From Candidatus Latescibacterota bacterium (GTDB lineage Bacteria; Latescibacterota; UBA2968; UBA8231), in assembly GCA_965223905.1 (NCBI GenBank), contig CBDCXV010000001.1, positions 1,376,001 through 1,440,000 of the forward strand: DNA of 64,000 nt, read 5' to 3'. Below are positions 27,100 through 37,268 of this stretch, piece after piece. The position numbers were made by a program, and so were the translations under genes. Within the stretch, counting starts at the first letter, position 1, and every line of letters begins with the position of its first letter. The notes under the pieces are model-generated. The model searched no databases. It was not told the DNA's origin and worked only from the letters and a program-made list of their open reading frames with translations.

Positions 27100-28131
27100 G
27101 TGCCCCTCGAACTGATCGCCGACCGCCCCGGAAACGCCCTGCTCCGGGAGTACGAAGAGCCGCCGCTCCAACCGGGGGAGGTGCGCCTGCGCGCCCGGTT
27201 CAGCTCGGTCAAGCACGGCACCGAGCTGCGCGCTTTCCGCGCCAACACCCCCGATGCCAGCGACCGCTTCGATTCCGAGCTGCGCCTGCATCGACGCGGC
27301 GAGGGGGCGCCCCCGCGGTTCCCGATGTCCCTGGGGAACATGTGCGTCGGGACCGTCGAGGAGACCGGCCCGGATGCCGGCAGCCTCGAACCGGGGGACC
27401 GCGTCTTCGGCCACCTGCCGATCAGGGAGACCCACACGGTGCCGGCGGCGAGGCTGTACCCCGCTCCGGAAGGGATGTCGCCGCAGGCCCTGGTCTACTG
27501 GGATCCGGCCGACTTCGCCGTCGGGGCGGTGCGCGATGCCCCGGTGCGGCTCGGGGACCGCGTCGCCGTCACCGGGCTCGGGGCCATCGGCCAGATGGCG
27601 GCGCAGCTGGCTCGGGTCTGCGGGGCGCGCTGGGTGGCCGTCTCCGATCCGATCGCCATGCGCCGCAAGGGGGCCGCCCGCCACGGCGCCGACGCCGTGT
27701 ACGACCCGGCCGAAACCGACGTCGGGGTGGCGGTCAAGGAGGCCACCGGCAAGGTGGGCGCCGACGTCGTTTTCGAGACCAGCGGCTCCTACGCCGCCCT
27801 GGAGGATGCCCTGCGGGCCGTGAAGTACGCCGGCACCGTGGTCTCGACCGCCTACTACCACGGCTCGAAGGGGTTGTCCCTGGCCGGGGAGTGGCACCGC
27901 AATCGCATCGAGATCGTGTCGAGCCGCGCGGTCAGCACACCGCACCTCCATCACGGCTGGGACCTGCCGCGCGTCCGTTCCGAGTCCCTGGCGCTGCTGC
28001 GGGAGGGCCGGCTGAAGGCGGACGGACTGGTGGCGCCGGTCGTCCCCTTCGCCCGCGCCGCCGAGGCGTATCACGAGATCTGCGAGCACCCGGAGCGTTC
28101 GATCAAGCTCGGAGTCGATCACACCCTGTGA
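27100..28131 (+). CDS. Medium-chain (zinc-type) alcohol dehydrogenase family
   Basis: KHGTE, GLGAIG nucleotide-binding motif, DVVFETSG; GTG start after AAGGA. Confidence 0.85.
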   Translation: MPLELIADRPGNALLREYEEPPLQPGEVRLRARFSSVKHGTELRAFRANTPDASDRFDSELRLHRRGEGAPPRFPMSLGNMCVGTVEETGPDAGSLEPGDRVFGHLPIRETHTVPAARLYPAPEGMSPQALVYWDPADFAVGAVRDAPVRLGDRVAVTGLGAIGQMAAQLARVCGARWVAVSDPIAMRRKGAARHGADAVYDPAETDVGVAVKEATGKVGADVVFETSGSYAALEDALRAVKYAGTVVSTAYYHGSKGLSLAGEWHRNRIEIVSSRAVSTPHLHHGWDLPRVRSESLALLREGRLKADGLVAPVVPFARAAEAYHEICEHPERSIKLGVDHTL

Positions 28132-29681
28132 ACGTCGAGGACCGCCTTCACCTGAGCGGCCGCAACCTCCTCGGCTGCCTGTCCCGCGACGACGGCTACC
28201 TGCCGTACTGGCAAATGGCGGTCGACGAGGAGCTGCGCGCCATGTACCAGTTCCGCCCCTGGTGCACCGGCCACAACGTCGGACGCTGGTGGAACACCAT
28301 GCTTCGGCTCGAGCGCGCCACCGGCTTCGAGATCCCCGCGGAGATGGAAGCGGCGATGCTCGAGAACAGCTGGCGCCTGGCGGACAACGCCAGCGGCATC
28401 TTCCTCGAGGACGTCGATCTCCGGGATCCCGCCACCTGGTACATCCACTCCTACCGCGAGACCATGCTGTCGTACGGACTGCTCGTCGAGTGCCGCGGCA
28501 GCGACCGCGCCGGCGAATGCGGACGGCGGGCCGTCGAGGGAATGCGTCATGCGAGCAGAGACCTGACGGAGTGGAGGTTCTCGTTCGACGGCGGCCCTGC
28601 GCTGGCCAAGCACGGCAACAGCGCCGCCCCGGCCTACACCCACGGCCGCGCCATCGAGGGGCTGCTCTGTTTCCACGCCGCCACCGGGGAGCCGGCCGCC
28701 CTCGAGGAGGCGGAGCGCCTCGCCGACTTCCACTTCCAGTACCTGCTGAACGAGGACGGCAGCCTCGCCGAGGGCTGCGGCCACCACACCCACTCGTACC
28801 TCAACACCCTTCGCGGCCTGCTGATGCTGGCCGTGCTCCAGGGGTCGCGCCAGCGCCAGGAGCTTATCTACAGGACCTACCGGGAAGCCGTATCCGGGAT
28901 GATCACCCGCTCCGGGTTCGTCACCCACGACATCGGCGACCGCTACGGCGGCGACATCGCCTCGGCCGGGGACATCGCCCACATCGCCCTGCTCCTGTGG
29001 GACCGGTTCGCCGACCCCGGCCTGCTCGACGACGCCGAGCGCATCGCCCGGGCCCGGCTGTTCCCGGCGCAGGTGCGGGAACCGGTTGCGATCCGGCCTG
29101 CGGAGGCAGGAGACCCCCGCGACTGCTACCGCGACCTCGCCGACCGTTTCGTCGGCGCCATCGGCGGTTCGGTAGGCCATGTCAGCGGCCAGACCTGCGT
29201 CACCGACTTCACCGCCGCCGCCCTGCACAGCCTGATCGAGCTCTGGACCCGGACCGTCGACGTCGAGGAGGAGATCGTCCGCGTCAACTTCTACTTCGAC
29301 CGCGAGCTGCCGCAGGTGGAGGTGAGGGCCGAGCGCCGCGAGAGCACCGGCCGGGTGACCGTTGTCAATCGCACGGGGAAGGAGCTGCGGCTGCGGCTAC
29401 CGGGCTGGGCGGAGTTGGGGAGCTGCTCGCTGACTGTCGACGGGCTGCCTGTCGAGGCAACCGTGGAGAACGGGTTCCTGGTGGTGGCGCAGGGACAAGC
29501 GGCCACGACCAGCGAGCTGGGTTTCGCGCTCCCCGAGTACGAGGAGGAAGAGCTGTCGCGGGACGAGTCCGCCGGGGAGGAGGCGGTGACGTTCCGCTGG
29601 CGCGGCGACGAGATCGCCGGCGTCAGCAGCGGCGGGCCCTACATGGCGCCGCGTCCGGCTTTGTGCAGGTCACTGCTGTAG
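28128..29681 (+). CDS. Hypothetical protein, GH127-like (alpha/alpha)-barrel plus beta-sandwich
   Basis: GTGA overlap with the upstream gene; GHHTHS; C-terminal LRLRLPGWA as seen in GH127-like proteins. Confidence 0.5.
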   Translation: MNVEDRLHLSGRNLLGCLSRDDGYLPYWQMAVDEELRAMYQFRPWCTGHNVGRWWNTMLRLERATGFEIPAEMEAAMLENSWRLADNASGIFLEDVDLRDPATWYIHSYRETMLSYGLLVECRGSDRAGECGRRAVEGMRHASRDLTEWRFSFDGGPALAKHGNSAAPAYTHGRAIEGLLCFHAATGEPAALEEAERLADFHFQYLLNEDGSLAEGCGHHTHSYLNTLRGLLMLAVLQGSRQRQELIYRTYREAVSGMITRSGFVTHDIGDRYGGDIASAGDIAHIALLLWDRFADPGLLDDAERIARARLFPAQVREPVAIRPAEAGDPRDCYRDLADRFVGAIGGSVGHVSGQTCVTDFTAAALHSLIELWTRTVDVEEEIVRVNFYFDRELPQVEVRAERRESTGRVTVVNRTGKELRLRLPGWAELGSCSLTVDGLPVEATVENGFLVVAQGQAATTSELGFALPEYEEEELSRDESAGEEAVTFRWRGDEIAGVSSGGPYMAPRPALCRSLL

Positions 29682-29846
29682 GGGCTTTTCCGGCTCGGGG
29701 AACCAGGTGGTCCAGAGGCCTTAAGGAGTTCTTTTGTATTCGACACTATTGGGTTGGGGATCTGGGGCTGGTACCCGGTCAGCCGCCGCCAATAACATCG
29801 GGATCTAAAGCACGTCCGTCTTGACACGTTTTTGGTCATGGGATAG

Positions 29847-32800
29847 ATGGAACGCCCGAGGCTTTTCGTGGGCATCGAAATGGAATCACAGTCATCTCTT
29901 AAATATCTCTCGCTGGATCTCGAGGTCGGAAAACAGAATCGTCGCATCAGTGCTTTCGCAGCAATCCGATCGGATACCGGAGAGCAACTGGTTTTCAGCG
30001 GCGGTAACCTTGGCACGGCACTGACAAGACTGGACGATCTCGCGCACGGTGCCGACTTCCTGCTAGGCCACAACCTGATCCTCTTCGACCTTCCGTATCT
30101 GAGAGCCGCGAAACCGGATCTCCGGCTTTTTGGGCTGCCGGGGGTGGATACGCTGTGGCTCAATCCCCTCGCCTTTCCGCGCAACCCCTATCACCATCTG
30201 GTCAAGCACTACCAAAACGGTCAGCTCAAACGAGGGCGGCGGAACGATCCCGAACTCGATGCCCGGCTGGCGCTAGACGTCTTTCGCGACCAATGTGGCG
30301 AACTGGTGTCCACTTCACCGGATCTCCTGCTCGCGTGGCACTGGTTGACAACCGCGGGCGATAACGGAGACGGCTTCGACAAGTTCTTCTCCTCGCTACG
30401 TGGGTCGCCCCGGCCCTCGGACGCGGGAGCCCGGGAGGCGATAGAGGGACGGTTGGCGGGCAGCGGCTGCCGGACCCACGCGCACGAGGTCCTCGTAGAC
30501 CCGGCCCCCGTCGGCTGGGCGCTGGCCTTCGCCCTGGCGTGGCTTTCGGTGTCCGGGAGCAACTCGGTCATGCCGCCCTGGGTCCGGCACCAGTTCCCCG
30601 AGGCGGGACGACTGATCCGCCGGCTCCGCGACACGGCTTGCAGTGATCCCGCCTGCGACTGGTGCGGGGACCGCCACGATCCGCGCAAGGAACTCAAGAA
30701 ATGGTTCGACTTCGACGGCTTTCGCCCGGAGCCGGTGGACGAGGACGGCCGCCCCATGCAGCAGGCCATCGTAGAAGCGGCGATGGCCGGGGAGCACGTC
30801 CTCGGCATCCTCCCCACCGGTACCGGAAAGTCGCTCTGCTATCAGATCCCCGCTCTTTCGCGCTACGACAAGACGGGCGCCCTTACAGTGGTGATCTCGC
30901 CCCTGGTCGCGCTCATGGCGGACCAGGTAGCGGGACTGGAAGCACAGGGCATCGGGTCGTGTGTCGCCATCAACGGCCTCCTGTCAATGCCCGAGCGCGC
31001 GGATGTGCTGGACCGGGTGCGGCTCGGAGACGCGGGCATGGTGCTCGTCTCGCCGGAGCAACTGCGCAACCGGTCCTTCCGCCGCGTGCTGAACCAGCGC
31101 GAGATCGGCGGCTGGGTCCTTGACGAAGCCCACTGCCTGTCGAGATGGGGGCACGACTTCAGGCCCGACTACCGCTACGTGGGGCGCTTCATACGCGAGA
31201 AGGCGGGATCGGGGCCGGTCCCGCCGGTCCTGTGCCTCACCGCCACCGCGAAGCCCGACGTGGTCGAGGATATCAAACGGCACTTCCGGGAAGAGCTCGG
31301 GGCAGAACTCACCGTTTTCGACGGCGGAGCACGGCGCACGAACCTCGAGTTCGTGGTGGTTCCGACCACCGGTGGCGAAAAGTTTCCTCACATCCACCAG
31401 ATCCTGATGGCGAACCTGCGGCCGGACACGTCCGAAGGTGCCATCGTTTACTGCGCCACCCGCCGGGGGACCGAAGAGGTGGCGGAGTTCCTGCAGATGA
31501 AGAAGATGGCGGCGGACTATTTCCACGCCGGGCTGCCGCCCGAGACCAAGAAGAGCGTCCAGGAGCGCTTCATCGCCGGCGAGCTCCGGGTGATCGCAGC
31601 TACCAACGCCTTCGGAATGGGCATCGACAAGCCGGACGTGCGGCTGGTTGTCCACGCCGACATCCCCGGGTCGCTTGAGAACTACCTGCAGGAAGCGGGG
31701 CGCGCTGGGCGGGACCGGAAGATGGCGCGATGTGTGCTGCTGTACTCGACGGACGACGTCGAGCACCAGTTCGGGATGTCGGCCCGATCGCGCCTCAACC
31801 GTCGCGAAATTCACGGCATCCTGCGAGCGCTCCGGAACCTCGACCGGAAGAAGCGTCTGGGGGGCGAGGTTGTGGCGACGGCGGGCGAGATCCTCCTGGA
31901 GGACGACGAGAAGGTATTCGAGCGGGACTCGGCCACCGACGATACCCGGGTGCGGACCGCCATCGCCTGGTTGGAGGAAGCGGTGCTGCTCACCCGTGAG
32001 GAGAACGAGGTGCGGGTATTCCCTTCGTCCCTACGGGTGGGCTCGGTGGAAGAAGCGCGCACCAGGCTCGAAAGGCAGCCCGTGGCGGACAACTATCGGA
32101 GCCAGCTGCTGTCCATCGCCGAGACGCTGATCGACGCCGATCCGGACGAAGGCCTCTCCACCGATGAGCTGATGGGCGTATCGGGCTTGAGCCCCGAAGG
32201 CGTGCGCGCGGCTCTCTACGACCTGGAACGAATCGGCATCGCGAGCAACGATACGGCGCTCACCGCCTTCGTCCATACAGGGGTGGAGAGAAGCTCGCGG
32301 AAGCGCCTTGAGGAGGCGGAGAGTCTCGAGAAAGCCCTGATCGAGCACCTCCGTCTGGCGGCCCCGGACATGGACAAGGGAGACGCCTCGATCCTGCACT
32401 TGCGAGTCGCGTCGCAAGTCCTGCGCGACGCGGGGGTGGTCGATCCCCTTCCCGAGCGGCTATGGCGCATTCTTCGCAGCATCGCCGCCGACGGCCGCGG
32501 CGAGGGGGGCGGCTCCGGGAGCCTCGGGATCCGGAAGCGCGATGCGGAGACCGTGCAGGTGACCCTGCAACGCGATTGGCCAGCCCTGGAGGAGACCGCA
32601 TCGCGGCGCCGTGAGGGCTCGAGACGCCTGCTCGAGCACCTGCTCGCCAGCCTGCCGCCTGGGAGCCGGGGTACGGATCTCCTGGCCGAGACCACCCTCG
32701 GGAAATTGCTCGAGGCACTCACCTCCGATCTGGTGCTGAAGAGCAGGGTCAAGGATCCGCAAAAGCTCCTGGACCGAGCGCTTCTGTGGTTGCACGAGCA

Positions 32801-35063
32801 GGAGGTCATTCGCCTCCACAAGGGTCTCGCGGTGTTCCGGCCCGCCATGACCATCCGGCTTGCGGACGAGAATCCGAGGAGAGGCTTCGCCGCCGCCGAC
32901 TTCGAGCCGCTCAAACTCCACTACGAGGGGCAGGTACGGCAGATCCACGTCATGGTCGAGTTCGCGCGGCGGGGTCTCGAGGCCATGGCCGAGGAACTGC
33001 AGCTCGCAATGGACTACTTCGGCCTGAACGAGCAGGAATTCCTTAACCGCTGGCTGCCGGATCGGAATCAGGAGCTCCGGCGCGAGACCACCCCCGAATC
33101 GTGGAGGGCCATCGTCGAGAGCCTGAAGAACCCCGTCCAACAGCGGATCGTCGCGGATAATCGAGACCAGAACGTAATAGTTCTCGCCGGTCCCGGATCA
33201 GGAAAGACGCGGGTGCTGGTGCACCGGATCGCTTACCTGGTGCGGGTGAAACGCGAGAATCCCCGCGGTATTCTGGCCCTCGCCTACAACCGGCACGCCG
33301 CCGTCGAGATCCGGCGCCGTCTCGGGGAGCTGATTGGAGAGGATGCCCGCTGGGTAACGGTGCTAACCTGCCACGGCCTCGCCATGCGCCTGGCAGGGGC
33401 GAGCTTCAGTGGAAGAGCCGGGCGTCCGGAAAACAAGATGTTTCAGGAAGTTTTGCAGAAGGCGATAGCGCTGCTGCAGGGCGAGGGGCTGCCCCCGGAA
33501 GAAGCCGACGAGCAACGCGACAGGCTTCTCGCCGGTTTTCGCTGGATTCTGGTCGACGAGTACCAGGACATCGACGCCGACCAGTACGAGCTGATATCGG
33601 CCTTGGCCGGACGGACCCAAAAAGATGAGGATCGCAAGCTCACCCTCTTCGCCGTGGGCGACGACGATCAGAATATCTACGCGTTCAACGGAGCTTCGGT
33701 GGAATTCATCCGCCGCTTCGAGAAGGACTATGGGCCGAAGCCCGAATTTCTCATTGACAACTATCGTTCCACCGGCCACATCATCGCCGCCGCCAATGCC
33801 CTGATCGAGTCGGCCCGGGAGCGCATGAAGGACGAACACCCCATCGGCATAGATCGGGCACGTGCGAAGAGTCCGCCTGGAGGTGAGTGGAGTAAGCTGG
33901 ATCCGGTCTCTCAAGGCCGGGTGCAGGTTCTATCGGTGCCAAAGCCGGGGGATCTCGTGGCGCAGGCGCAGGTGGGGATGATGGAGCTTCTGCGACTGGC
34001 CGGCCTTGCCCCGGACTGGGACTGGTCCAAGTGCGCGGTGATCGCACGCGAATGGAAGTACCTGGAACCGGTGCGAGCGTTCTGCGAAGTCCACGGTATC
34101 GAGGTGCAAATGGGGAATGAAGAAATGCCGAGCTTCTGGCACCTTCGGGAGACCAAGGCGCTTGTTGAATGGCTGCGCGGACGGAAAACCCGGCTGGTGG
34201 ACCATATGGAGCTCCGTGATTGGATGAATGCACGACCTTCCGGAGGACCCTGGATCGAATTGTTGCGGGAAGCCCTGGACGAGCACAAGCTGGAAACCGG
34301 CGAGGGCGCAGAGGTGCCGGTGGATCACTTCATCGAGTGGCTGGCCGAATGGGGACGGGAAGTCCGCCGCCGCCCGCGTGGACTGACGCTTCTGAGCGCA
34401 CACCGAGCCAAGGGGTTGGAGTTCGATCACGTGGCCGTGCTCGACGGAGGCTGGGACAAAGTCGACGTCGACAAGGGGGAAGACCCGGACGCGCCGCGCA
34501 GGCTCTACTACGTGGCCATGACCCGTGCCAGGAAGACCCTCGCGCTCGTTCGTTTTCAGGGAGAACAGCCGCAGCAAAGTCCCACCCCGCCGAATTTCGC
34601 AAGGGAGCCTGCCCCTCCCGTGTACTTGGGGGTAACACCACTGCCATTTGCCTTTCCGAACAACGGCTCGATTCTGCACCGCTCCTCCGGCGTTTTGCCG
34701 CCGAGAGTTCCCGAGCTTGCACGTCGATACAGGCGGCCCCGTCCGGACGTGGGATTCGCAGGGCGTCGCCACGCCAACCATCCGGTGCATCGCGCCATCG
34801 CCGTCCTGTCTCCCGGGGACCCTCTGGAAGTACGAGTGGATGAACAAGGACGCTGGAATCTGCTGGACGAATCCGGTACTGCGGTCGGGCGCCTTGCCAG
34901 AGGCTTCGAACCCCCACCCGGGACACGATGCGGCTCCGCCAACGTCCTCGCCGTCGTAGCTCGGAGCCGCGAAGCATCGGAACCGCAGTATCGCGACTAC
35001 ACGCAATGTGAAACCTGGGAGGTAGTGATACCGGAGTTGGTTTTTGAACCGGTGCGCCAGTAA
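29847..35063 (+). CDS. Giant fusion of exonuclease-like domain, RecQ (SF2) helicase and UvrD (SF1) helicase
   Basis: SLDLE/GHN...FD (DEDD-like); CSDPACDWC; PTGTGKSLCYQ, DEAHC, QEAGRAGRD; AGPGSGKT, DEYQD, GDDDQNIY, NYRS, HRAKGLEF, YVAMTRA; alternative start at 29880. Confidence 0.9.
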   Translation: MERPRLFVGIEMESQSSLKYLSLDLEVGKQNRRISAFAAIRSDTGEQLVFSGGNLGTALTRLDDLAHGADFLLGHNLILFDLPYLRAAKPDLRLFGLPGVDTLWLNPLAFPRNPYHHLVKHYQNGQLKRGRRNDPELDARLALDVFRDQCGELVSTSPDLLLAWHWLTTAGDNGDGFDKFFSSLRGSPRPSDAGAREAIEGRLAGSGCRTHAHEVLVDPAPVGWALAFALAWLSVSGSNSVMPPWVRHQFPEAGRLIRRLRDTACSDPACDWCGDRHDPRKELKKWFDFDGFRPEPVDEDGRPMQQAIVEAAMAGEHVLGILPTGTGKSLCYQIPALSRYDKTGALTVVISPLVALMADQVAGLEAQGIGSCVAINGLLSMPERADVLDRVRLGDAGMVLVSPEQLRNRSFRRVLNQREIGGWVLDEAHCLSRWGHDFRPDYRYVGRFIREKAGSGPVPPVLCLTATAKPDVVEDIKRHFREELGAELTVFDGGARRTNLEFVVVPTTGGEKFPHIHQILMANLRPDTSEGAIVYCATRRGTEEVAEFLQMKKMAADYFHAGLPPETKKSVQERFIAGELRVIAATNAFGMGIDKPDVRLVVHADIPGSLENYLQEAGRAGRDRKMARCVLLYSTDDVEHQFGMSARSRLNRREIHGILRALRNLDRKKRLGGEVVATAGEILLEDDEKVFERDSATDDTRVRTAIAWLEEAVLLTREENEVRVFPSSLRVGSVEEARTRLERQPVADNYRSQLLSIAETLIDADPDEGLSTDELMGVSGLSPEGVRAALYDLERIGIASNDTALTAFVHTGVERSSRKRLEEAESLEKALIEHLRLAAPDMDKGDASILHLRVASQVLRDAGVVDPLPERLWRILRSIAADGRGEGGGSGSLGIRKRDAETVQVTLQRDWPALEETASRRREGSRRLLEHLLASLPPGSRGTDLLAETTLGKLLEALTSDLVLKSRVKDPQKLLDRALLWLHEQEVIRLHKGLAVFRPAMTIRLADENPRRGFAAADFEPLKLHYEGQVRQIHVMVEFARRGLEAMAEELQLAMDYFGLNEQEFLNRWLPDRNQELRRETTPESWRAIVESLKNPVQQRIVADNRDQNVIVLAGPGSGKTRVLVHRIAYLVRVKRENPRGILALAYNRHAAVEIRRRLGELIGEDARWVTVLTCHGLAMRLAGASFSGRAGRPENKMFQEVLQKAIALLQGEGLPPEEADEQRDRLLAGFRWILVDEYQDIDADQYELISALAGRTQKDEDRKLTLFAVGDDDQNIYAFNGASVEFIRRFEKDYGPKPEFLIDNYRSTGHIIAAANALIESARERMKDEHPIGIDRARAKSPPGGEWSKLDPVSQGRVQVLSVPKPGDLVAQAQVGMMELLRLAGLAPDWDWSKCAVIAREWKYLEPVRAFCEVHGIEVQMGNEEMPSFWHLRETKALVEWLRGRKTRLVDHMELRDWMNARPSGGPWIELLREALDEHKLETGEGAEVPVDHFIEWLAEWGREVRRRPRGLTLLSAHRAKGLEFDHVAVLDGGWDKVDVDKGEDPDAPRRLYYVAMTRARKTLALVRFQGEQPQQSPTPPNFAREPAPPVYLGVTPLPFAFPNNGSILHRSSGVLPPRVPELARRYRRPRPDVGFAGRRHANHPVHRAIAVLSPGDPLEVRVDEQGRWNLLDESGTAVGRLARGFEPPPGTRCGSANVLAVVARSREASEPQYRDYTQCETWEVVIPELVFEPVRQ

Positions 35064-35089
35064 CCTGGCACGTCTTCCGGCAGGGCATC

Positions 35090-35887
35090 TCACTCCAGAC
35101 AGTTGAACAACGTCGCGATGCCGCCGAACATCCCGGGAAAGCGGAACAGCTCCGGGTCCTGCGCGCGGATGCGGGCCAGCAGCGGCTCGTCGAGCATCCC
35201 TTCCTGGTAGTCGAAGAAGGCGCCCTCGTCCGCGGCGTCGTAGGAGCCCACACCCCGGGCCTCCTCGCAGACCGCGGCCACCGCGGCGTCCCCCTCGAGC
35301 TTTTCCGCCATCGCACCGAAGAACCGCCGCAGCGCCGCCTCGTACCCCGGCCGGTCCCCGGACCAGAGCCCGGCGGCCTCCGCGAAGGCCGCGTGCCCCT
35401 TGCCCAGGCGCTCGTCCCAGCGGTCGGGAACCTCGCCGTCAAGGGTGAAGGGAGCGGCGTTCCCCAACAGCGGGGTGCGGTCCTGCGTCTGGAACGCGAC
35501 CAGGACCCGTCCCCCCGGATGCGGCCGGGCGCGCAGGCGCACGACGCTCTGCGGTTCGATGGCGACGAGCTCGCCCGGGGCAACGGCCACCTCCTGCGGC
35601 CCATCCCAGGTCAGCAGGTCCAGCCAGGCCTCCCGGGCGGCAAACACCTGGAGGTGCTCGCGCGGCAGGCCGTTCAGGCCGCAGCGTCCGAACGGCATCG
35701 ACAGCGCCCAGGAGTCGTCGCTCCCGGGGGTTCCCGGCGCTCCGCGCAGGCGGGCGAGCGCCTGCGCCAGGTCCGCGGCCTCGGTTTCGGGACCGGTCTC
35801 GAGCCGCTCGACCACCCCTCGCTCGAACCGCGCCCGGTACGGCACCCCGTACCCGAACAGCCGCACCCCGAGTATCTCCCTGATCAT
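35090..35887 (-). CDS. Hypothetical protein
   Basis: ATGA-coupled to the upstream isomerase; GC3-biased coding frame; no recognised motif. Confidence 0.6.
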   Translation of the reverse strand: MIREILGVRLFGYGVPYRARFERGVVERLETGPETEAADLAQALARLRGAPGTPGSDDSWALSMPFGRCGLNGLPREHLQVFAAREAWLDLLTWDGPQEVAVAPGELVAIEPQSVVRLRARPHPGGRVLVAFQTQDRTPLLGNAAPFTLDGEVPDRWDERLGKGHAAFAEAAGLWSGDRPGYEAALRRFFGAMAEKLEGDAAVAAVCEEARGVGSYDAADEGAFFDYQEGMLDEPLLARIRAQDPELFRFPGMFGGIATLFNCLE

Positions 35888-36690
35888 GACGACCCGATCG
35901 TGTCGCGCAGGTGGGCCACGGCGAGGCGGATCACTTCCCGGTCGTCGCAGCTGTTGATGTCCTGGCCCTCGAACACCACCCCGACAGTGCCGTTGAAGCC
36001 GGCCGCCTTCAGGATGCCGACGATGCGCCCGTAGTCGAGCCACTCCTCCCTGCCGCTGTCGATCTTGTAGAACTTGGCGCGCACGTGCGAGGTCAGGGGG
36101 GCCACCTGCTCCATGTAGCGGTAGATGTCGTGAGCCGGGTCGCCGACCCCCTTGTGCCTGCCGGGCGATCCCAGCCACTGCCCGGTGTCCATGATCACAG
36201 TGAAGTTCGGGCGGTCGACCCCCTCGTGGATGCGCAGCACGTCGTCTCCGGTGCAGGGGTGGTTCTGCAGGCCGACGGCGACCCCCACCTCGGCGGCGTG
36301 GTCGCACGACTGCTGGAAACAGCGGATCTCCCGCTGCCGGTCCCCCTCGGTCTGGGGGGCTTCACCGCAGAACACGCGGATCATCGGCGCCCCGAGAAAG
36401 GAGGCGATGCGCGCGTGCTCCCGCGTCACGGCGACCTTGCGCTCGAGCTCCTCGTCGCTGCCGACGAAATGGCCGCCCGAGGCGAGGTAGCCGATCGACA
36501 GCCCGGCGCGCAGGCACTTCATCTTGATCTCCAGCAGGTAGTCCGGCTCGTGGGAGGCCCAGCCGCGCCCCGCCAGGAAGTCGATCGACTCGACCTTCAG
36601 CCCGGCGCAGCAGGCGATGTAGCTCTCGGCCGTCTCCAGCGACGGCGGATCGTCCTTGCCGAACATCGAGGCGTACACTCCGACTTTCAT
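35884..36690 (-). CDS. Sugar phosphate isomerase/epimerase (xylose isomerase-like TIM barrel)
   Basis: LGAPMIRVF, GLQNH, MDTGQW, HVRAK, FNGTVGVVFEG. Confidence 0.85.
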   Translation of the reverse strand: MKVGVYASMFGKDDPPSLETAESYIACCAGLKVESIDFLAGRGWASHEPDYLLEIKMKCLRAGLSIGYLASGGHFVGSDEELERKVAVTREHARIASFLGAPMIRVFCGEAPQTEGDRQREIRCFQQSCDHAAEVGVAVGLQNHPCTGDDVLRIHEGVDRPNFTVIMDTGQWLGSPGRHKGVGDPAHDIYRYMEQVAPLTSHVRAKFYKIDSGREEWLDYGRIVGILKAAGFNGTVGVVFEGQDINSCDDREVIRLAVAHLRDTIGSS

Positions 36691-36923
36691 CCGCTTTCGT
36701 CCCTTTCATTTGGTCGTTCAGGTTGCCCCCGGGTATCCGCCCGCGGGGTCCGCGGGTTGCCGCCGCGTTCCAGGTGGTTGCCCGGAGGGATTGGCTTAAC
36801 TTTCCCGGCGCGGGGCGATTTCACTCCGTCGCCCGCAAAGCTACCTTTCCCGGCACGCCTTCTCAACCGGCGCCGCTTGCCGGCCCGACTGCATGCGACC
36901 TTCACCACCGATCCTCGGATTCC

Positions 36924-37133
36924 ATGCCGCGAATCGACGTAAAAGCTCTCCAACGCATCATGATGGCGCGGAACTTCCTGTTCAAGTTTCAGCTCGCCAA
37001 CGCCGTCGGCCTGAGCTACGAGCGCCTCACCGCCATCGTCGTCAACGGCGAGAACGAGGTCGAGGAGGAGGAGGTCTCCAGGCTGTGCTCCGGGCTGGGC
37101 TGCGACCGCTCCGATATCGTCGCCGGCGAGTAG
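36924..37133 (+). CDS. Small XRE/Cro-like HTH protein
   Basis: QLANAVGLSYERLTAI...RLCSGLGCDRSDI pattern. Confidence 0.6.
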   Translation: MPRIDVKALQRIMMARNFLFKFQLANAVGLSYERLTAIVVNGENEVEEEEVSRLCSGLGCDRSDIVAGE

Positions 37134-37268
37134 GCCATCACACTTCGATCCAGGAGAACAGGACATGAGGGAAGTGGTGAACATCCCGGTCGAGCGCTTC
37201 GAGCGCGACCCAGGCGATGCTGCCGGACCTGATGAACTTCAGCGGCTGACGGAAGCGGAGGGAACGGG

